NCBI RefSeq assembly: GCF_006345805.1
Contig: NC_042999.1
Coordinates: forward strand, 99,820,001-99,884,000
Direction of reading: 5' to 3'
Length of the DNA stretch: 64,000 nt
Source of the DNA: Octopus sinensis
Lineage: Eukaryota
Positions within the stretch are counted from its first letter, which is position 1. Each line of letters opens with the position of its first letter. The notes beneath the pieces were generated by a model. It saw nothing but the letters and a program-made list of their open reading frames with translations, searched no databases and had not been told where the DNA came from. This document shows positions 12,362-27,656 of this stretch, one piece after another. Both the position numbers and the translations under genes were made by a program.

Positions 12362-15300
12362 ACACACACAGGCGTCCCTCTCCCACTTTTTTTCTGCGTG
12401 CATATATATATATATATATATATAGTGGGTGGCAATGCACATATTATACACGCATGGGATGCGTTTATCTCTTTGATACAGTGCTGCGGCGTCTGAATTG
12501 AAATCTATGACATTATACCTCGCATTGTAAAACAATCATACAGCAACTAACAAGCATTACACGTTCACATAGCATACACATACGTAAACTCACATATTTA
12601 CACTAGCTCATTCACGTGTGTTGTATGTGTACTTATGTGAAAATACAAATCAAGTCTACAGTGAAATATAATAATTAATATGCCATTTATATTGTTTCAA
12701 CTTGCTTTTTACCACTGCTTCAATGAGTTTTACTTTGACATTGTACTTATGAAATATTTTATCAATTTATTAATAACACATTTCGTAAAAATCTTCTGGG
12801 CAATTTAGCATCGCTATTTTTTGTCTATGTTGTATTTATGTATGAGAACAGCATGCTACCAAGCAAGAACCCACGAAATTTCGATTTTTTAAAATACATA
12901 TTTATTTTTTAATTTTTTTTTTTTAGTTGTCGTCCTTACATTTTTTTGCTTTTGCTAAATATTGTTTAAACAATGTTTGTCTTCCTTCAATGCGTACATA
13001 GAGTTGATAAATAGGAATTATGATGCTCTGCTCAACACATGTTAGCACCTAATTCACTATTTAAATCTCGATTGCAATGCCTACAACAACATCAGAAAAC
13101 ATTTGCGTAACTGGATATATTTCGGTTGCAACGAGCGCACTGGCTTTGTGATGTCACTCGATAATATTTTAACGTATTTTCTATGTCTTATCTTTTAAGA
13201 AGTTATTCCTTTTCCGGTATATGTTCACTTGTAATGTAATATGTTTATCCATTGACTAATCATTTAGTTTTCCTAAAAATTTGAGTTTTATTCATTTAGG
13301 CTTTCTTCCTCAGCCAAAATTCTTTCCTCCTTGCCGCGGACGTGTAACTTTCACTTCTTAATCTACTAATCTATTCAATCTATACAACAATAAGTACTGT
13401 TTGTTCAGTCTTGTTTCATTGGTTGGTTGATAGATCGATTCATTGTTTAATTGATTGATTAAGTTGTTGATTGATTAGTTAATCTATTGTATTCTCATTC
13501 TGGTATTTCTCCAACAAATTAGTTTAGAAAGAACATACATCTATCGTTCGAGCTGTGGAAGTAGCAAGCAAAACATCCTTAGAAATATAAAAATCATCAC
13601 AAAAGGAGAATGATAAATTAGATAAGCTAGTACTACATACGCTACGACTTAAAGTAAAGAGGAGCTCCATCGTATCAGCCAAAATGATTTAAACCTTCAG
13701 TAACAATGTTCTAAATTATTATTAAGTAAAATAACATATATTGGCAAAATAAACTAATTCTTTGTAGTTCAGAGATTTCTTGACATCTAGTTATTTTGAC
13801 AGCAGAAACATGTCATACAGATGGTAAATTAACTTATCTATGTATAAATACGTGTGTGTGTATGTGTGTGTGTGTATATGTGTGTGTGTGTATGAGTGTG
13901 TGTGTGTGTGTGAGTGTGCGTGTGTGTTTGTGTGTGCGTGTGCTTGTGAGTGTGTATGCTTGTGTGTCCGCCTACCCCACTATAATATTAACTGCACGAC
14001 ATCTTAGAGTGTGCTCTTCCCAGACACTCTAAGGGTGCTGGGCAACCCCAGTTCATGACTCTTACTGCTTTCAAAAATCCATTCTCCAGTAGGATGTTTA
14101 TAGATACGGATTTATTCACTTGTACTTTCAATTATGTGTACACATGCGTACACTTTCCCTCTTTCGTATGATTTAGACGATACTTTATAATATCTTTTAG
14201 TAATATAGTTTCATTGTCAGACGCAGATACATAACAGAATTGTAATCTTTCACAAAAGGCTATATTATCATTTTTTTCTTTGCCGTCTGTTTAGAAGTTT
14301 TGTGGCTTACAGTACTGTCCTTTACTTTGTTTTTCTCTCCTTTGTTCTCGACAATATATGGACCGAAGCGCTCAGTAGCCTATCTGTCCTTTTATGATGT
14401 GACAGTATATCATTATAAGAAATATGTATTTTACATGCTTCTCAACTGAAACTTATTTGCTTTTTATATTATTTCCCGACTTGGCATCTTGGATTCCAGG
14501 CGCATTTTCATGACATATGAATACCAGCCAAGCAGCCATATATTTTAATTGCTGTATTTTCTTCATTTATGCTCTACTCTTTGGTTTTCAACATTTCCTT
14601 CATTAACTGAGCTGATGGAATTATTGATCTCTACTTTTTGCCAAAAAAAATATGTATAAAATATAAAATGAAAATTGAAAACTTTCCTTCTTTGTTATTG
14701 TTGTTTTCTTTTTACCTACCTTGCTGAACACTAAGTGTGTCTGCTGGTGTTTTACAAATCTCTATCATTCAACAAATTCTGTCGGCCTATTTTTCAACGT
14801 AGCCAAACGACCACAAACAGAGATTTTTTTAAACATTTTTAGTTATATACCATATTTTGATACTATTGTTTTGATTAATATCCCCGTTAGATTCCACAAG
14901 ATACCAAACAATTATTCCCAACTAAGCACCTGCTTTATCTTCAACACTGACAGTCAATTTCTTCTAATTGACTAGTTTACTGTAGCTCAGTTTATTGTAT
15001 ATCATTGGAAATAGACACCATAGTTAAAGCGATGCCTTCAAGTGGGCATTCAATGGATAAGATTCAACAGAGATCATTCACCCCAACTTGCAAGCAAGTA
15101 CAGCTGAGAATCATTGCTAATCTGATAGGAAATTAAGACAAGCACAACTAAGTTTACATAATCATATAAGTTTATGTCCAGTATCAAATGCATCGCAATT
15201 ATGAAGAAACAAATATGTGTGTGTTTATAAATATCTATATACATATATATCTATTTTAGCCCTCGGGCTAAAAGATTTTTAAGGATTTATGGATATGCAT

Positions 15301-16360
15301 ATATATAAACACTTAGGTATAAGTGTGTATGAATACATGTGCATATATATGCATATATACATATGTGTATATATGTGTATATATATGCATATATATGTAT
15401 GCGTGAGTGTGTGTGTCTGCATGGGCGTCTCCGTGTGTGTATGCGTGCGTATAACGAAATTTTATACAGTACATTTCGAGAAATATATACACTTTTACTC
15501 TTTTGTTTAATTCAGTCACTTGACTAAAGCACCTTAGCATAGGGTTAGTCGATCAAATCGATCCCAGTACTGATTTTAAGTCTGGTATTATTCTTTTGAA
15601 CCGCTAAGTTTTGCCGACTTAAATAATCCGTCAGTGAATGTAAAGTGTGGAGAAAACACATGTAATAGGTTTCATAAAACTACAACTTGAAGTCAAAAAT
15701 ATGATTAGAAAAGCAACTCGTGGTAATCATGGAGATGAAATGACGAATGCTTTCCGGTCTTCAACAGAAAGTTTAACAATATTATTAATGCATGCATCCA
15801 GAAAAGGGCGCTTCTTTTGTGAGTTATCGAAATTATAGACATCGGTAGACAGTAGAAGATGCTTCATGTGATGATGGCTTTTCAAAAGAGTATTTTAGTA
15901 TAAGCAGATAATAACACGTGGCAGGGAATATAAAAATAACCTAAGAATATTTGCGATTTACTATTTTGATAACAATAACCGTAACGTCTAAAATAGTTTG
16001 GGGCCGACGAATGGTTTGTGAGCGAATTCGATAGATGATAATTGTTTCGAAGTCTGTCTGATAAACACATTTACATGCATATATTTGTGTATGTCCTTTG
16101 AATGCATTTGTCCCCACCACGACCACGACCACCATCAACATCGACACCCCTACTTGACAACCGGCGCTGGCTTGTTTTTGTCCCTGTAGCTTAGCTATTC
16201 GGTACTAGACCAAGAGAATATGTACCCGACTTTAAAAAATATAAGAACGAGGGTCGATCTGTAACACTAAAACCTTTGAAGGTGGTGCTTTAGGGTGGCA
16301 GTAGTCAAATGACTGAAAAAAGTAAAACATATATGAGAGAGAGAGAGTGTGTGTGTGTGC

Positions 16361-16403
<43 letters not shown>

Positions 16404-16822
16404 TGTGTGTGTGTGTGTGCACATGCGCGTATGTGTGTTTACACGCAATATGCTCGAATATTAAAGAAGTTTCCTTTGCAACCATAAATGATTCGATTTT
16501 GTAACAGATTCGATGTTACTGAGTGACATCTTGAAGAAATACGCTTTTCTAGAAAGTGAAGTTCAGCCTTTAGTTTGTCAGTGAAACTAGGGGACATAAA
16601 CTGTATAAATGACGATCGTGTGTATTGTACTTGTAATGTGAAAAGCACAAAGCCACGCAGTGAGTCAAACTAATTTATACTGATAATTATACTTCAAAGA
16701 TACACCTCTATATGCAATGCACCGTGACTTACACTGTCATTTAGATTCGGGTAATTCAGTAGAATTTAATGAACCGATCTCTAGTCTTTAGACGAGGGAT
16801 GCCTAAAACTATACACACACTC

Positions 16823-16857
<35 letters not shown>

Positions 16858-17062
16858 TGAGTAGTTGAATGAATTATCTTATTATGGATAATTCGGTTAA
16901 CCGATACCTGGGTAGCAAATTCACGTCAGAAAAACACGGTTGAAGCTACATGCCTAGGGCAGAGATCACGTGCTATCGTGTGTAAATTTGTGTGTTTTTT
17001 TTAAATACAAATAAATGAAAGAATGGAGTTGAACGACGAATTAACAAGATTCCTTTATTTTA

Positions 17063-17145
17063 TTTTCGACATATGTTTCGAAGGCTGCATATTCCTAATT
17101 TCGAAGGAATAAGGGGTGCATTATGCCGCCTTCTCATCAGGAAAA
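17063..17145 (-). ncRNA. Minimal type I hammerhead ribozyme in a pLTR-like module (about 16856-17192)
   Basis: UUUUC-CUGAUGA-GAAGGC..GCCUUC-GAAAC-AUAU-GUC-GAAAA. Stem III palindrome ACAUAUGU; nested hairpin AUUCCU/AGGAAU within stem II. Confidence 0.85.
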
Positions 17146-17185
17146 GCAAGGAACTTATGTCAGCATCAAGATGTCAGCATCTTAC

Positions 17186-17231
<46 letters not shown>

Positions 17232-17645
17232 AATACTAACAATAATGTTATCGTCAATGACGGTGATCAATATAACAATGGTACTAATAATTGTAGGTTT
17301 ATGAAAACACCTGTTCAATTCTAAATAGCCTAAGGTATATAAAGGATCCTGCTCTATGGAAACTCTTAGTTTCTATAAGAAAATATTTCATTACTCTGGA
17401 GATCCACTCCTACATTCACTTATTCAATTATCCATATGTACGGTATTGTGCGTGTGTACACATGTAACTATGTGATACGTAGATGTGTTATGTATCACAG
17501 GTCTACATACACACATACGTATATGTACGTTTGTGTGTGCCAGAGTTACGATATAGATATATGGTATGTACGTGTCTGTGTCTATATATATATATATATA
17601 TTGGTAAATGCTTAGAATGATAGAGAGACAGACAGACAGACAGTC

Positions 17646-17708
<63 letters not shown>

Positions 17709-17726
17709 GATAGATAGATAGATAGG

Positions 17727-17757
<31 letters not shown>

Positions 17758-17758
17758 G

Positions 17759-17790
<32 letters not shown>

Positions 17791-17822
17791 CATATAGATA
17801 GATAGATAGATAGATAGGTAGG

Positions 17823-17915
<93 letters not shown>
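17646..17915. repeat. (GATA)n microsatellite
   Basis: About 270 bp of nearly pure GATA. Confidence 0.98.
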
Positions 17916-18994
17916 GTGTATGCACATAGGTAGTTAGGTAGATGGGGAAATGAGTAGTTAATATAAGAAGGTAGGCGATGTAGGTGGGTAGGTTGGTTAA
18001 TAAGTAGGTATATGGATAGGTAGGGAGGTTAGTTGAGACGTAGATTAACTTAACAAATCGCATACGGATGAAAAGGGAGAAGTTATATTCGCCGAGAGAC
18101 TCATTTAGTCAATGAAAAGATAATAGAAGTAAAACTGCTAGTGTTTAATTACATCTGTCAGTGCTTCAAAGAAGAAATAATCTCTGAGAAGAGTGCTTTC
18201 TCCTGGTTTCTGTTGTGTTCATGTGAAAGCGATTAGAAGTTTGGATGAACCGTCTCATATAAGTCTTGTATATAATCTCCATTTACCTTCGGAAAAAGTT
18301 TGTTAATTCTAAATAATCTACTAATTATAGTCTGATGTGCCAAATCAGCTGGAAACAGTAATGCACAAACATACAACCCTCTCATTCTACATATACATGC
18401 GTGTGCGCATATTCGTAAATGCATACTAATATATACGGATGTCTTTTCCGCATTCTCGGTATGTTAACTTCTTTAGCGGGTTAAGATATTTAAGCTCTGG
18501 ATACAGATTTAGAATATCCCTGCTTATACTTCTAGTATATTACTATCAGGAGCTTTATCGACCCGTATGGTCGAAGATATGAGAGTTAAAAAAAAAAATA
18601 TGTTCAGTAAAAGTGAAAGATAAAAAGTGAGTGAATTAGAGAGGTTGATCATGTGTCAGGTCTCAAAAGGGATGTTACTACCCATGAAAGGGCCATGTGA
18701 GTATTTGCAATTCTAATCGTACCGTGATGGTATCAATCGTGATGGTTTCAGAGGATCTGCGAAGGCTATAGGTGCATTGTTTTCTTCCAAGCCAAACCAG
18801 GAAATATAAAGATAGCATTGAGATATGAAAATAAAAGGCTGTTGAAAGACAATTCACTTACATTCCATCATCAGCTTTAAGCCTTATTCTAGACCGAAAC
18901 GCTTAACTTAATAATAGCAATGTGAGAGTTTCTGCGAAGTCATTCAACGATCAACAGATATTTTCCAATTATTATAATAATTAGATAATAAGTA

Positions 18995-19162
<168 letters not shown>

Positions 19163-19164
19163 TT

Positions 19165-19745
19165 GCCTTTGCACAGCTTCTAACGCTGGAAATGTATTAC
19201 AGTATCAGCTGTTCACTACCAGTAGCACCTTCCGGAGTATTCGAGCAGTCCAAGCAGTGCTGTTTTCTACAAGTGCTCCACCCTTATTACAGCCCCTACT
19301 TGTTCCCTGTACTTATCGACATGTTTGCTCACTGTTCCCAGGGCTCCGACAATTATTGGTACTACTGCTACCTTTTTCATCTACTACAACTGCTTAACTT
19401 CCCAAGCTAACCTCTCATATCTCTCGACTTTTCTTTCTTCATTATCGCATACCTTGTTTTCAGCTGGGCATGCTATATCTATGATACAGCATAGTTTATT
19501 TCCTTCTCAATTAAGACTATGTCCGGCTTCCTATTCTCAATTTCGTGGTCGCACTGAATCATAAAATCCCATAGGATCTTTGCATTTCAATTTTCAATGG
19601 TGCCATCAGGTTTGTGGTTGTACCAATTTTTTGCTCTGTCAAGACCATACTTGTTGCAAAGTGTCCAATGGATAAGCCTGGCTATATTGTCGTGGCATCT
19701 CTAATATTCCTTCTGGGCTAGTGGCGTACATTTGCTGGTAATATA
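19165..19745 (-). mobile_element. R4/Dong-like non-LTR retrotransposon 3' fragment (restriction-like endonuclease)
   Basis: HDNIARLIHWTLCNKYG..KILWDFMIQCDHEIENRKPDI..IIDIACP..VPIIVGALG..ALLG..RILRKVL, followed by a (TAC/TAA)n tail. Confidence 0.8.
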
Positions 19746-19784
19746 CCAAATTTCAGGCCTTGTGTTTATAATCGAAAGGTTTAT

Positions 19785-19930
19785 TATTATTGTAGACACC
19801 GCACAGTATATAATATTGTGAGGTTATTGATTGAAGATATTGTGTACACCAGAAGTTTGTACTATTTATCAAGTCGCAACAAGGACCTCAGACTGACAGT
19901 ACTTTCCGAAAAATGCGTGCTGTTCCAAGT
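19785..19930 (-). mobile_element. Second R4/Dong-like 3' end
   Basis: LLGTARIFRKVLSV* followed by a short UTR and TAA repeats. Confidence 0.6.
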
Positions 19931-19939
19931 AATGTCGGG

Positions 19940-20141
19940 GGCTTGCTGGTAGGATTGTTAGCACGCCGGGCGAAGCGGTATTTCGTCTGCTGCAACGTTC
20001 TGAGTTTAAATTGCGCCGAGGTCGATTTCGCCTTTCATCTTTTCGGGGTCGATTAAATAAGAACCAATTACGCAGTGAGGTCGATGTAATCGACTTAATC
20101 CCTTCCCCAAAAGTTGAGGCCTTGTGCTCCCATTAGAAAGG

Positions 20142-20215
<74 letters not shown>

Positions 20216-20230
20216 AATTATTATTATCAT
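19940..20230 (+). mobile_element. tRNA-derived SINE with (ATT)n tail
   Basis: GTTAGCACGCCGGGCGAA..GAGGTCGATTTCGCCTTTCATC..GGGGTCGAT core. Confidence 0.8.
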
Positions 20231-20516
20231 TATTATCATCATTATCATCAACACTGGGCAAAAGTACGTATATTTCGATGTAAAAATACTTAATCATTTT
20301 AATTTCATATTTTATGGTATATACCTATACAATCTTCCCTGTGACAAACCATTTCGTTTTTTTCTCTCAGATATGGTATAGCTCAGGCTAGATTAGCTAA
20401 TATGTTCTTAATTTTTAAAATGACAGAAGAGTATGATCCGAGAAAGATTTGTATGTTGCCGTTGAAAGATTAAGACATGACACCTCAAAGTACCTATCAT
20501 TGATTGTAATACTCAC

Positions 20517-20927
20517 ATGTTCATTTTGTTAATAGAACAAGAGAATTTACTTATTTTAGATATATTAGAATTCGTGAAGCTGAAGTTCCATTCTTTAGCA
20601 TGTATTATATTAACTAACGATATATACTTTAGTTACTGCCCCACTGAAAACAGGATCCCTTCATAACATATTGATGTTTCGTCTTTCTCAATCAATAGAG
20701 GTCACTATCACTTTAAATTTCATATTTCTTTTGTGTATAGCATACTTGATAACAATATGACAATATTGATTCTTTGATGAGATCCAAAACGTAATCATTC
20801 TTCTAGCTTTGTATATTTCCTGCCTAGATTCAATGCGACCAAGTGGATAAATATATCGATCAGGTATTCTGAGGTAGTATCTGTTCTTTGATACTTCAGC
20901 TATTTAATCAAGATAATCAACTTTAGA

Positions 20928-20998
<71 letters not shown>

Positions 20999-22706
20999 CA
21001 TATATATATGTATATATATATATATATGTATATTTATGCTTACCATTTAAAAGAAATTACCAGCTTTTTTTAAATGTTATTTCGTGTATATAAATTTATG
21101 TACAAGTTGAGTCTATTATGAATATCGAGTAAAGTTTAAATATTTATCTTGTATGTCGTATAAACATATAAATAATACGAAGCAATTTCATACACCTATC
21201 TTGTACAATAAAAATTGAGCAATACTGTTCGGCTACTTTACATCAATTAATTTGCTTCACATTTAAATAATACTGATTGTTTTATAGCGTCTACTACATT
21301 AGCTGAAGTTAGTAAAATAAACAGATATTTGCTTCATTTATTTCGATTACTCTACGACATGCATTTGATATAGGTAAATTATAAGCATAGAGAACATTCT
21401 GAATCTAAAATAAAAGACATTGTAATCAGCCATTTGCTTTGGTATTTTAATGGATCAATATAGTTCTATTTAAAGTCATTTTATGAGGATTCTAATCGAT
21501 AAATTTACTTAGAACATAATTGTGCTTAGCTACTGCAATTTTCTCACACTGTCTCCAAATTCGGGGCTATTTCTGAAATTTAAGAATAGGTTGGCTATAA
21601 ACAGAATAACCAAATGAAACAGAGGAAATGAATTCGTAACAACATTTCACTAAGACATTATTTGATATTAATTACTAATTAACGGGAAATATTTTTATAA
21701 TAATTAATTATGCCGCTAGTCTATTAAGATAAGAGTTCAATAGACAGACTGGAAATGCCAAACTAGTTTCAATCTGTCTAATAATATTACATTTTCATTA
21801 TAATCTATTGATAGCAGACGGCACTTTTGTAACAATTTAATTCCCCGTTTTCTTATCTAGAAGCCATTTTCTATGAGGTCAAAGTTAAAATTAACATTCA
21901 TTGTCATTTCCTGTTTTATTACAGCAGTATATCATTGTATGTCCATAAGCTATATAAGGGTGCCATGTCATGATACATCTTTTCTAGTGGAAGAAATTAT
22001 GTTATAAATTCCGGGAATAAAATACTAGAATTTTACTTCAGAATGGGATTGCAGTTGTCATAAAACTACTTTAGCAGAAACTGTAAATAGAGTCGAGATG
22101 ATTTTAAGCAGGATTCAAAAAGGGTTCAACACTATTTACAATGTTGTAGTCTCCAGTGCACATAGAAAGAGTTTTCTTGGGAGTATTGTAACTTGGAAAA
22201 TGAATGATTTTTCAAACAGGTATGATGAAATCTTCCACAATATGAAATGACTTACTAACCTCCACTTTTTTAATGATTTTTTAATAAAACCAAATTTTAC
22301 AAAATATTTGAAAGAATTATAGCGTAGTCTATTCAAGACTAAATGTGTGTCACTTGGTTGTATGTTACTAATATCACTTGATTTAAAGGTTATAGGTGTT
22401 TTTTCTGGTTTGTCAGGTAGCATTTCATTTAGTGTACATTTCACTCGTTTAATATTTTATAAAATGCCTCATACAATGGGTCATGCAATACATTTTATAT
22501 CACTTGCAATGATATATTACAACAAGCAAATAAAGGAGACAATGAATTGTAGCTCTCTCTCTGCTCGAAATAATAGCTAAACCTCCTTCAAACTATATGT
22601 TGCAGTTTTCGAAAAGAATGCAACGTATTCCAGTATGTATCACTATTGAGAGAAACATTGGATTATCGTGGATGAAATGTTATTAATCACACATGCCCTC
22701 GGACAG
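20517..22706 (-). pseudogene. Decayed LRR-like coding exon
   Basis: CPRACVINNISSTIIQC (LRRNT-like), DIKC..P..G (LRRCT-like), ISNIQP..LRYNSFKYF, NPFESC; many stops and frameshifts; ends at a GTGAGT donor. Confidence 0.35.
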
Positions 22707-23118
22707 CTAAATAATAACATATAGTTTAGAGTTACATATCAATAAATCTCGGGAATAATTATGTTCTGCATAGAGTTACTCGTGCTCTCACGCATTATAG
22801 TGTTGTATCAAAAATCACATAGTTAACACCTGCAATGATACATGCATTATTTTCTATCACAATACTGGTTAAATCTGAGTTAAGGTAAATTTAGTAAGTT
22901 ACTTTTCCTGCTCAGTTCTCCCTCTGACTGCGCATTAAATCTACATAAATGACCGAAAATAATAAAAAATGAAAACAACCCAAATATGCAAAGGGCAGAA
23001 TTTATCACAGCAAGCTTCATACCTCAAAGCTTTCTGTCACTACATGTAAACACAATCTATACTCCAAAACACTACCACAGCATACTTAGTAAAATAAAAA
23101 GTCATATCCCTCACTCAC

Positions 23119-23165
23119 GCGAAAAAATACACAAACAAAAATAGCAGCAGCATCAAACACTTCAT
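23119..23165 (-). pseudogene. Putative first coding exon (signal peptide) of a decayed membrane-protein gene
   Basis: ATG..MKCLMLLLFLFVYFF+GC followed by a GTGAGT donor; phase 2 joins the TTTAG acceptor at 22707 to give A-CPRAC. Confidence 0.4.
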
Positions 23166-26100
23166 TAATCCAAAGTACTCTTCAGGTTTGCACACCATCA
23201 ACAAAAAATTCCCAGAAATAACAACTGTCGTGCTATGACTGATTCTAACTTGTAGCGTTTACTATTGCTTTCAATAGAATGTAGTGTCGGAAATAATGCA
23301 CAACGAGGAGAGTGTAACATGCTCAAACATTGCTTTTCATGTAATTCATCAATGTATGCAGTAGAGTGAAAACATGGCTTAACTGAAAAACAACGGCCCT
23401 ACAGTTGTTTTTCAGTTACTTGACTCTTAAATTCTATAATTTCTATTAACATTTGTTTTTAAGTCTTTCCCAGTAACCACACAACATTTTCTTTTGAGTA
23501 TACGTATACCCATCGGTAACATATCAATCATATTTACTTTTCTGACGCGATTACCTGTACTTACACCAAGAAATATTTATGTTTTCTGCAAAATAAATTA
23601 AACATCCCACTTTACTATAAAAAGAGACATGTTACCATTCAAAGGTTAATGTGATGGTGATACTAGACACTAAAAAATGAAAAGAAATTGACAAATATAT
23701 TAGCAGAAAGAGAAAACCAGAGAGAGAGACAGACAGACAGACAGAGACAGAGAGAGAGAGAAACAGAGATAGAGACAGAGCATTAGTGGGTTGATATAAA
23801 ACTAAGAAAGAAATATCAGGCTAACTGGTGATTAGTTTCAGTAAATTAGCATGTGGTACATCACATATTTCTACACGATCTCTAGTGCAGTCCTGAAATA
23901 TTCTGACAATCACACTGGGAAAATATCAAACATGTTATTCTTTAAATAATTTTTTGCATTTTACTTTTCTGAATTAAAAAGAAATTATTGACGAAGTTGT
24001 TGATTACGCAATTTCTAATCTTCATTAAAGTTCTCGTTGCAACATTAATTATACCTTTCTTCATATAGTCAACTCTACGTCTCGTTACCTTTTCCCCATT
24101 TTTCTTCATATTATTTATCAATGGCAGTTTTACTTTGCCTGGTTTCATCTTAATTTCACCATTTCTTTTACACTCTACTGATTGTAAATACATTACCAAT
24201 AATTTCTACTGAATTAAACTTACACCTGCTGTTTCTGCTCAAATGGAAAATGAGATAAATCAGTACACAATGCACAATTTACACAAAATGAAAGAACAAA
24301 ATAAACAACAGAGTGCAGTATAAACAAACTGGGAATATAAAATGAGTATTTCAGAAAAATTAATTCTTAAAGATTGTTTAATGCATACATTTAAAATTGA
24401 AAGGTTATGTTTCATTTAGCCTCTTTCTAGACAGCAAATCAAATTTTAAAACAGAATGCATTAAAAAGGATAGGGTAAATAAAACGCAAAAAACTACGGT
24501 TGTTTTTCAATGAGACCATATTCAAATGTTTAAATGTTCTCATACCCTTGTTTGTTCTAACAATCTCTAAGCGTTAGTTTGCTGTATAGGAAATAATCAT
24601 TTCCAACATGGATACAAGGCTAGAAATTTGAGAAGGGAAAGTAGAAGAGTCTATTATGTCAAGCTCATACTTTACTATTACGTTATCAATTGAAATTGGA
24701 AAGAAGAAAAGCAAAGTTTAAATGAAATGGTATTTGAACGCAGAATGTTAATAGCCGAAATTCATAGCGCAAAGACATTTTGTCGCTGGTAAAAATGATT
24801 CTGCCGATCCAGAGCCCGCAAACTTGTAAGTAATTATGTTTCGTTAGATTTTTTTCCCCATAATTTTCGAGTCAGGGATAAGAAAAGATAAGCTCTCCCT
24901 AGATCAAATAATGAAACAAATTTCGATACCTGAGTAAAGCTCTGCAAATGCCCTTCTAGATGTTGCTAATTTCACACAATTCAGTGCCTGTTTCATACAA
25001 GGGCTATATTCGCAAACTAATATATCAATGTTCTTTGATTGTACAGTGACCCCCTGTAGAATGCACGACATATTAAACACTGTCTCAAGTTCATTTCAAT
25101 CTACCAACGTCATTAACGTTATTGAAAGCGTTGGGACATTCACTCAGTTCTATTTCAATGCACACACACACACATGCGCGCACACACACGCGTGCTATCA
25201 CACACTTATGTGTATGTGTGTGCTTGTGTGTGTATTGATATGGAACTGAGTAACGGCACCCTCACACACACATGTATACGTATGTCACTGTGTGTGTGTA
25301 TGTGTGTGTAGGTTTCATCGCAAGCTAAGAATTCAAATTTCCTTCGAAAGCTATCGTAATTTTAAATAATTACCATATACATCCTTTTATTTAATATCCC
25401 TTTGGCAACATGTTTGATATAAAAATGTCACGTGTAATAAATTGAGCTATTTATGCCTGTGATGAAACCCTCTGAGACTCCTTTATTGAGCATATTTTCA
25501 CTACCAAAGTATTTTATCACACCTTTTTTTTAATCTCGATTTTATCTTATCCCTGATACATTTGTTAAATTTTCAAAGGTCGTTTCATATGTTATCGATA
25601 TAATTAGATCATTTATTTAATTTCCATAAACCTCATATGAATATTATCCTCTGAAACTTTCACAAATGCGAGAGATATCTCTAATGATATATTATGACGA
25701 TATTATATTCTCTAACTCCATCCTAAAGTATAAGTTTGCTGCGCAGCTCCCCACCCCCAATATTTTAGTACTTATCAGATGCTTACTGTGTACAAAGCTT
25801 GATTAACGCATAGTGGGGTACTGGTCACTGATCTCCCAATATGTTACCATTAGAAATACGTATTTCCTGGTTATCTTCCAAAGATAGCCATTTAATAAAT
25901 TGGCAATTATACACTCACCAGCGTACAGTAGCAACAATATAAGAGGTGTAAAATATTTTCTCTTTGTACTTCTGCGTCATCTACAAAAGTTTTTCTCATC
26001 TGAATGAGAGAGTATATTTCTCGACACAAAGCCATATGATCTCAGAAGCTACTAATGCCACATCTGCATATATGATGGACTGCATCCAAAAGAAAGGTTA

Positions 26101-27586
26101 GCCTACCGATTGGTATCCAATCTCTCAGACATTTTAAACTTTTCCCGTTCAGTTGTGCTGTCTTCTCGCTTTTCCTTTTCTATCTCTAAAACAGAAAAAA
26201 AACCCACTTATAACTCATACAAATCTCATCCTCTCTTTTATATTAATTTCACCTGCAAGCTCCACACAAACCGACTCGTTCAAACCATCCTCTCCCACGA
26301 GTCGGACCTTTGGAATTCTCTTCATATGCCTTCTTTTTCCTGCAACTAACAACTTGCAGCATGAAAATCGTTTCGATTTCATTGGAAGCCGTAGTGACCC
26401 GGATGACAACTTCTTACTAATCATAAAATATACTATACTGCCTCTGCTAAGTAAATAGATATATACATCGGCCGATTCTTCACTTTTCTGTGTGTTACAT
26501 GTCATTCCTTACATCAATACTAAATCTTGCGTTGTATCTTAAATACATAAAGCCTCCCCATCTTTGCAATTCTTTCTGCCCTTTCTGGCTACATTAACTT
26601 ACACCTTTAGAATGTGTACGAAAGTAATAGCCTTAATCCAAACAATGGGCTTATAATGGAAATTATCTATTATACCTCCTTGTTTAGATCCCTCTTCAGC
26701 AACGTTATTACATCTCGGTTCACACTTCTTGAAATACTTCCATTGTGCTGCCAATTACAATAGATATCTTTCAAGACAAGTCGAGCCAGCGGCAACAGAT
26801 TATGAAGGGTAGAACATCCAGTTCTATCTCATAGCATAGTCACTCGACTAGTTCGTTACTTTCCCTCTTAAAATTCCTTTATTGCAACACTGTACGCCTT
26901 TACCGAGAATGGCGGTAAGCAGTCAAGATAAATATCTATGTTTACCGTTTTCTGCTTGTTAATACGTTACACCTTGTGAAAAATCGAGGGAATGCTGTTG
27001 GAAAAACAAGCATATCTGTTAGCAGTTGGATTATGGATGATCACTTTCGGTTTCTCGAATCTTTTTTCGATTTCTCGTATTTCAAAAATTCTAGCTTTGT
27101 GTATCGAGGGAAGTGGCCGAAAATAATCATCTTTGAAAGCTGTCATTTGTCATACTTTTTCTGTTTGCCATTTCCATTCATTTGACAAGTTCCCGAGACT
27201 ATGGTCTCTTGCTGAAAAGTAAAAAAATCTTTACTGAAACTAACTGATTCTGCTCTAATATTTTCTATTTAGTGATACTGAACAAATGTTAACAATTTTA
27301 TTCGTCAATGCCCTCTTGAATAAATCATTAACCAGACCCCTGACACCAATCCGTATCAACAAAAGCACATTGAGTTTCCAGAATTTGGGGCCCTCTTTTA
27401 ATAATACATTTTGTGTTCACAGTTCTAACCAACAATTTTTCATTGCGTATCCTTTTACTCAAAATTGTGCATAGGTTACCTTACAGCTTTCGGTTAACCT
27501 AACAGAAATTATAAATGACTAGTTTATAATTTCCAGGAGAATATAGAAATCGATGGGCAGTCGCGATGATATATTATATATATATA

Positions 27587-27656
<70 letters not shown>

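Noticed and set aside
24219-24235. Possible minus-strand microexon (TTTGAGCAG|AAACAGCAGGT|GTAAGT)
   Set aside because: Such motifs arise by chance at this length; no corroboration.
26253-26339. 87-nt minus-strand candidate exon (CAG|..CAG|GTGAAA), open in two frames
   Set aside because: Weak splice sites and no recognisable protein or neighbouring exons; cannot be supported without RNA-seq.
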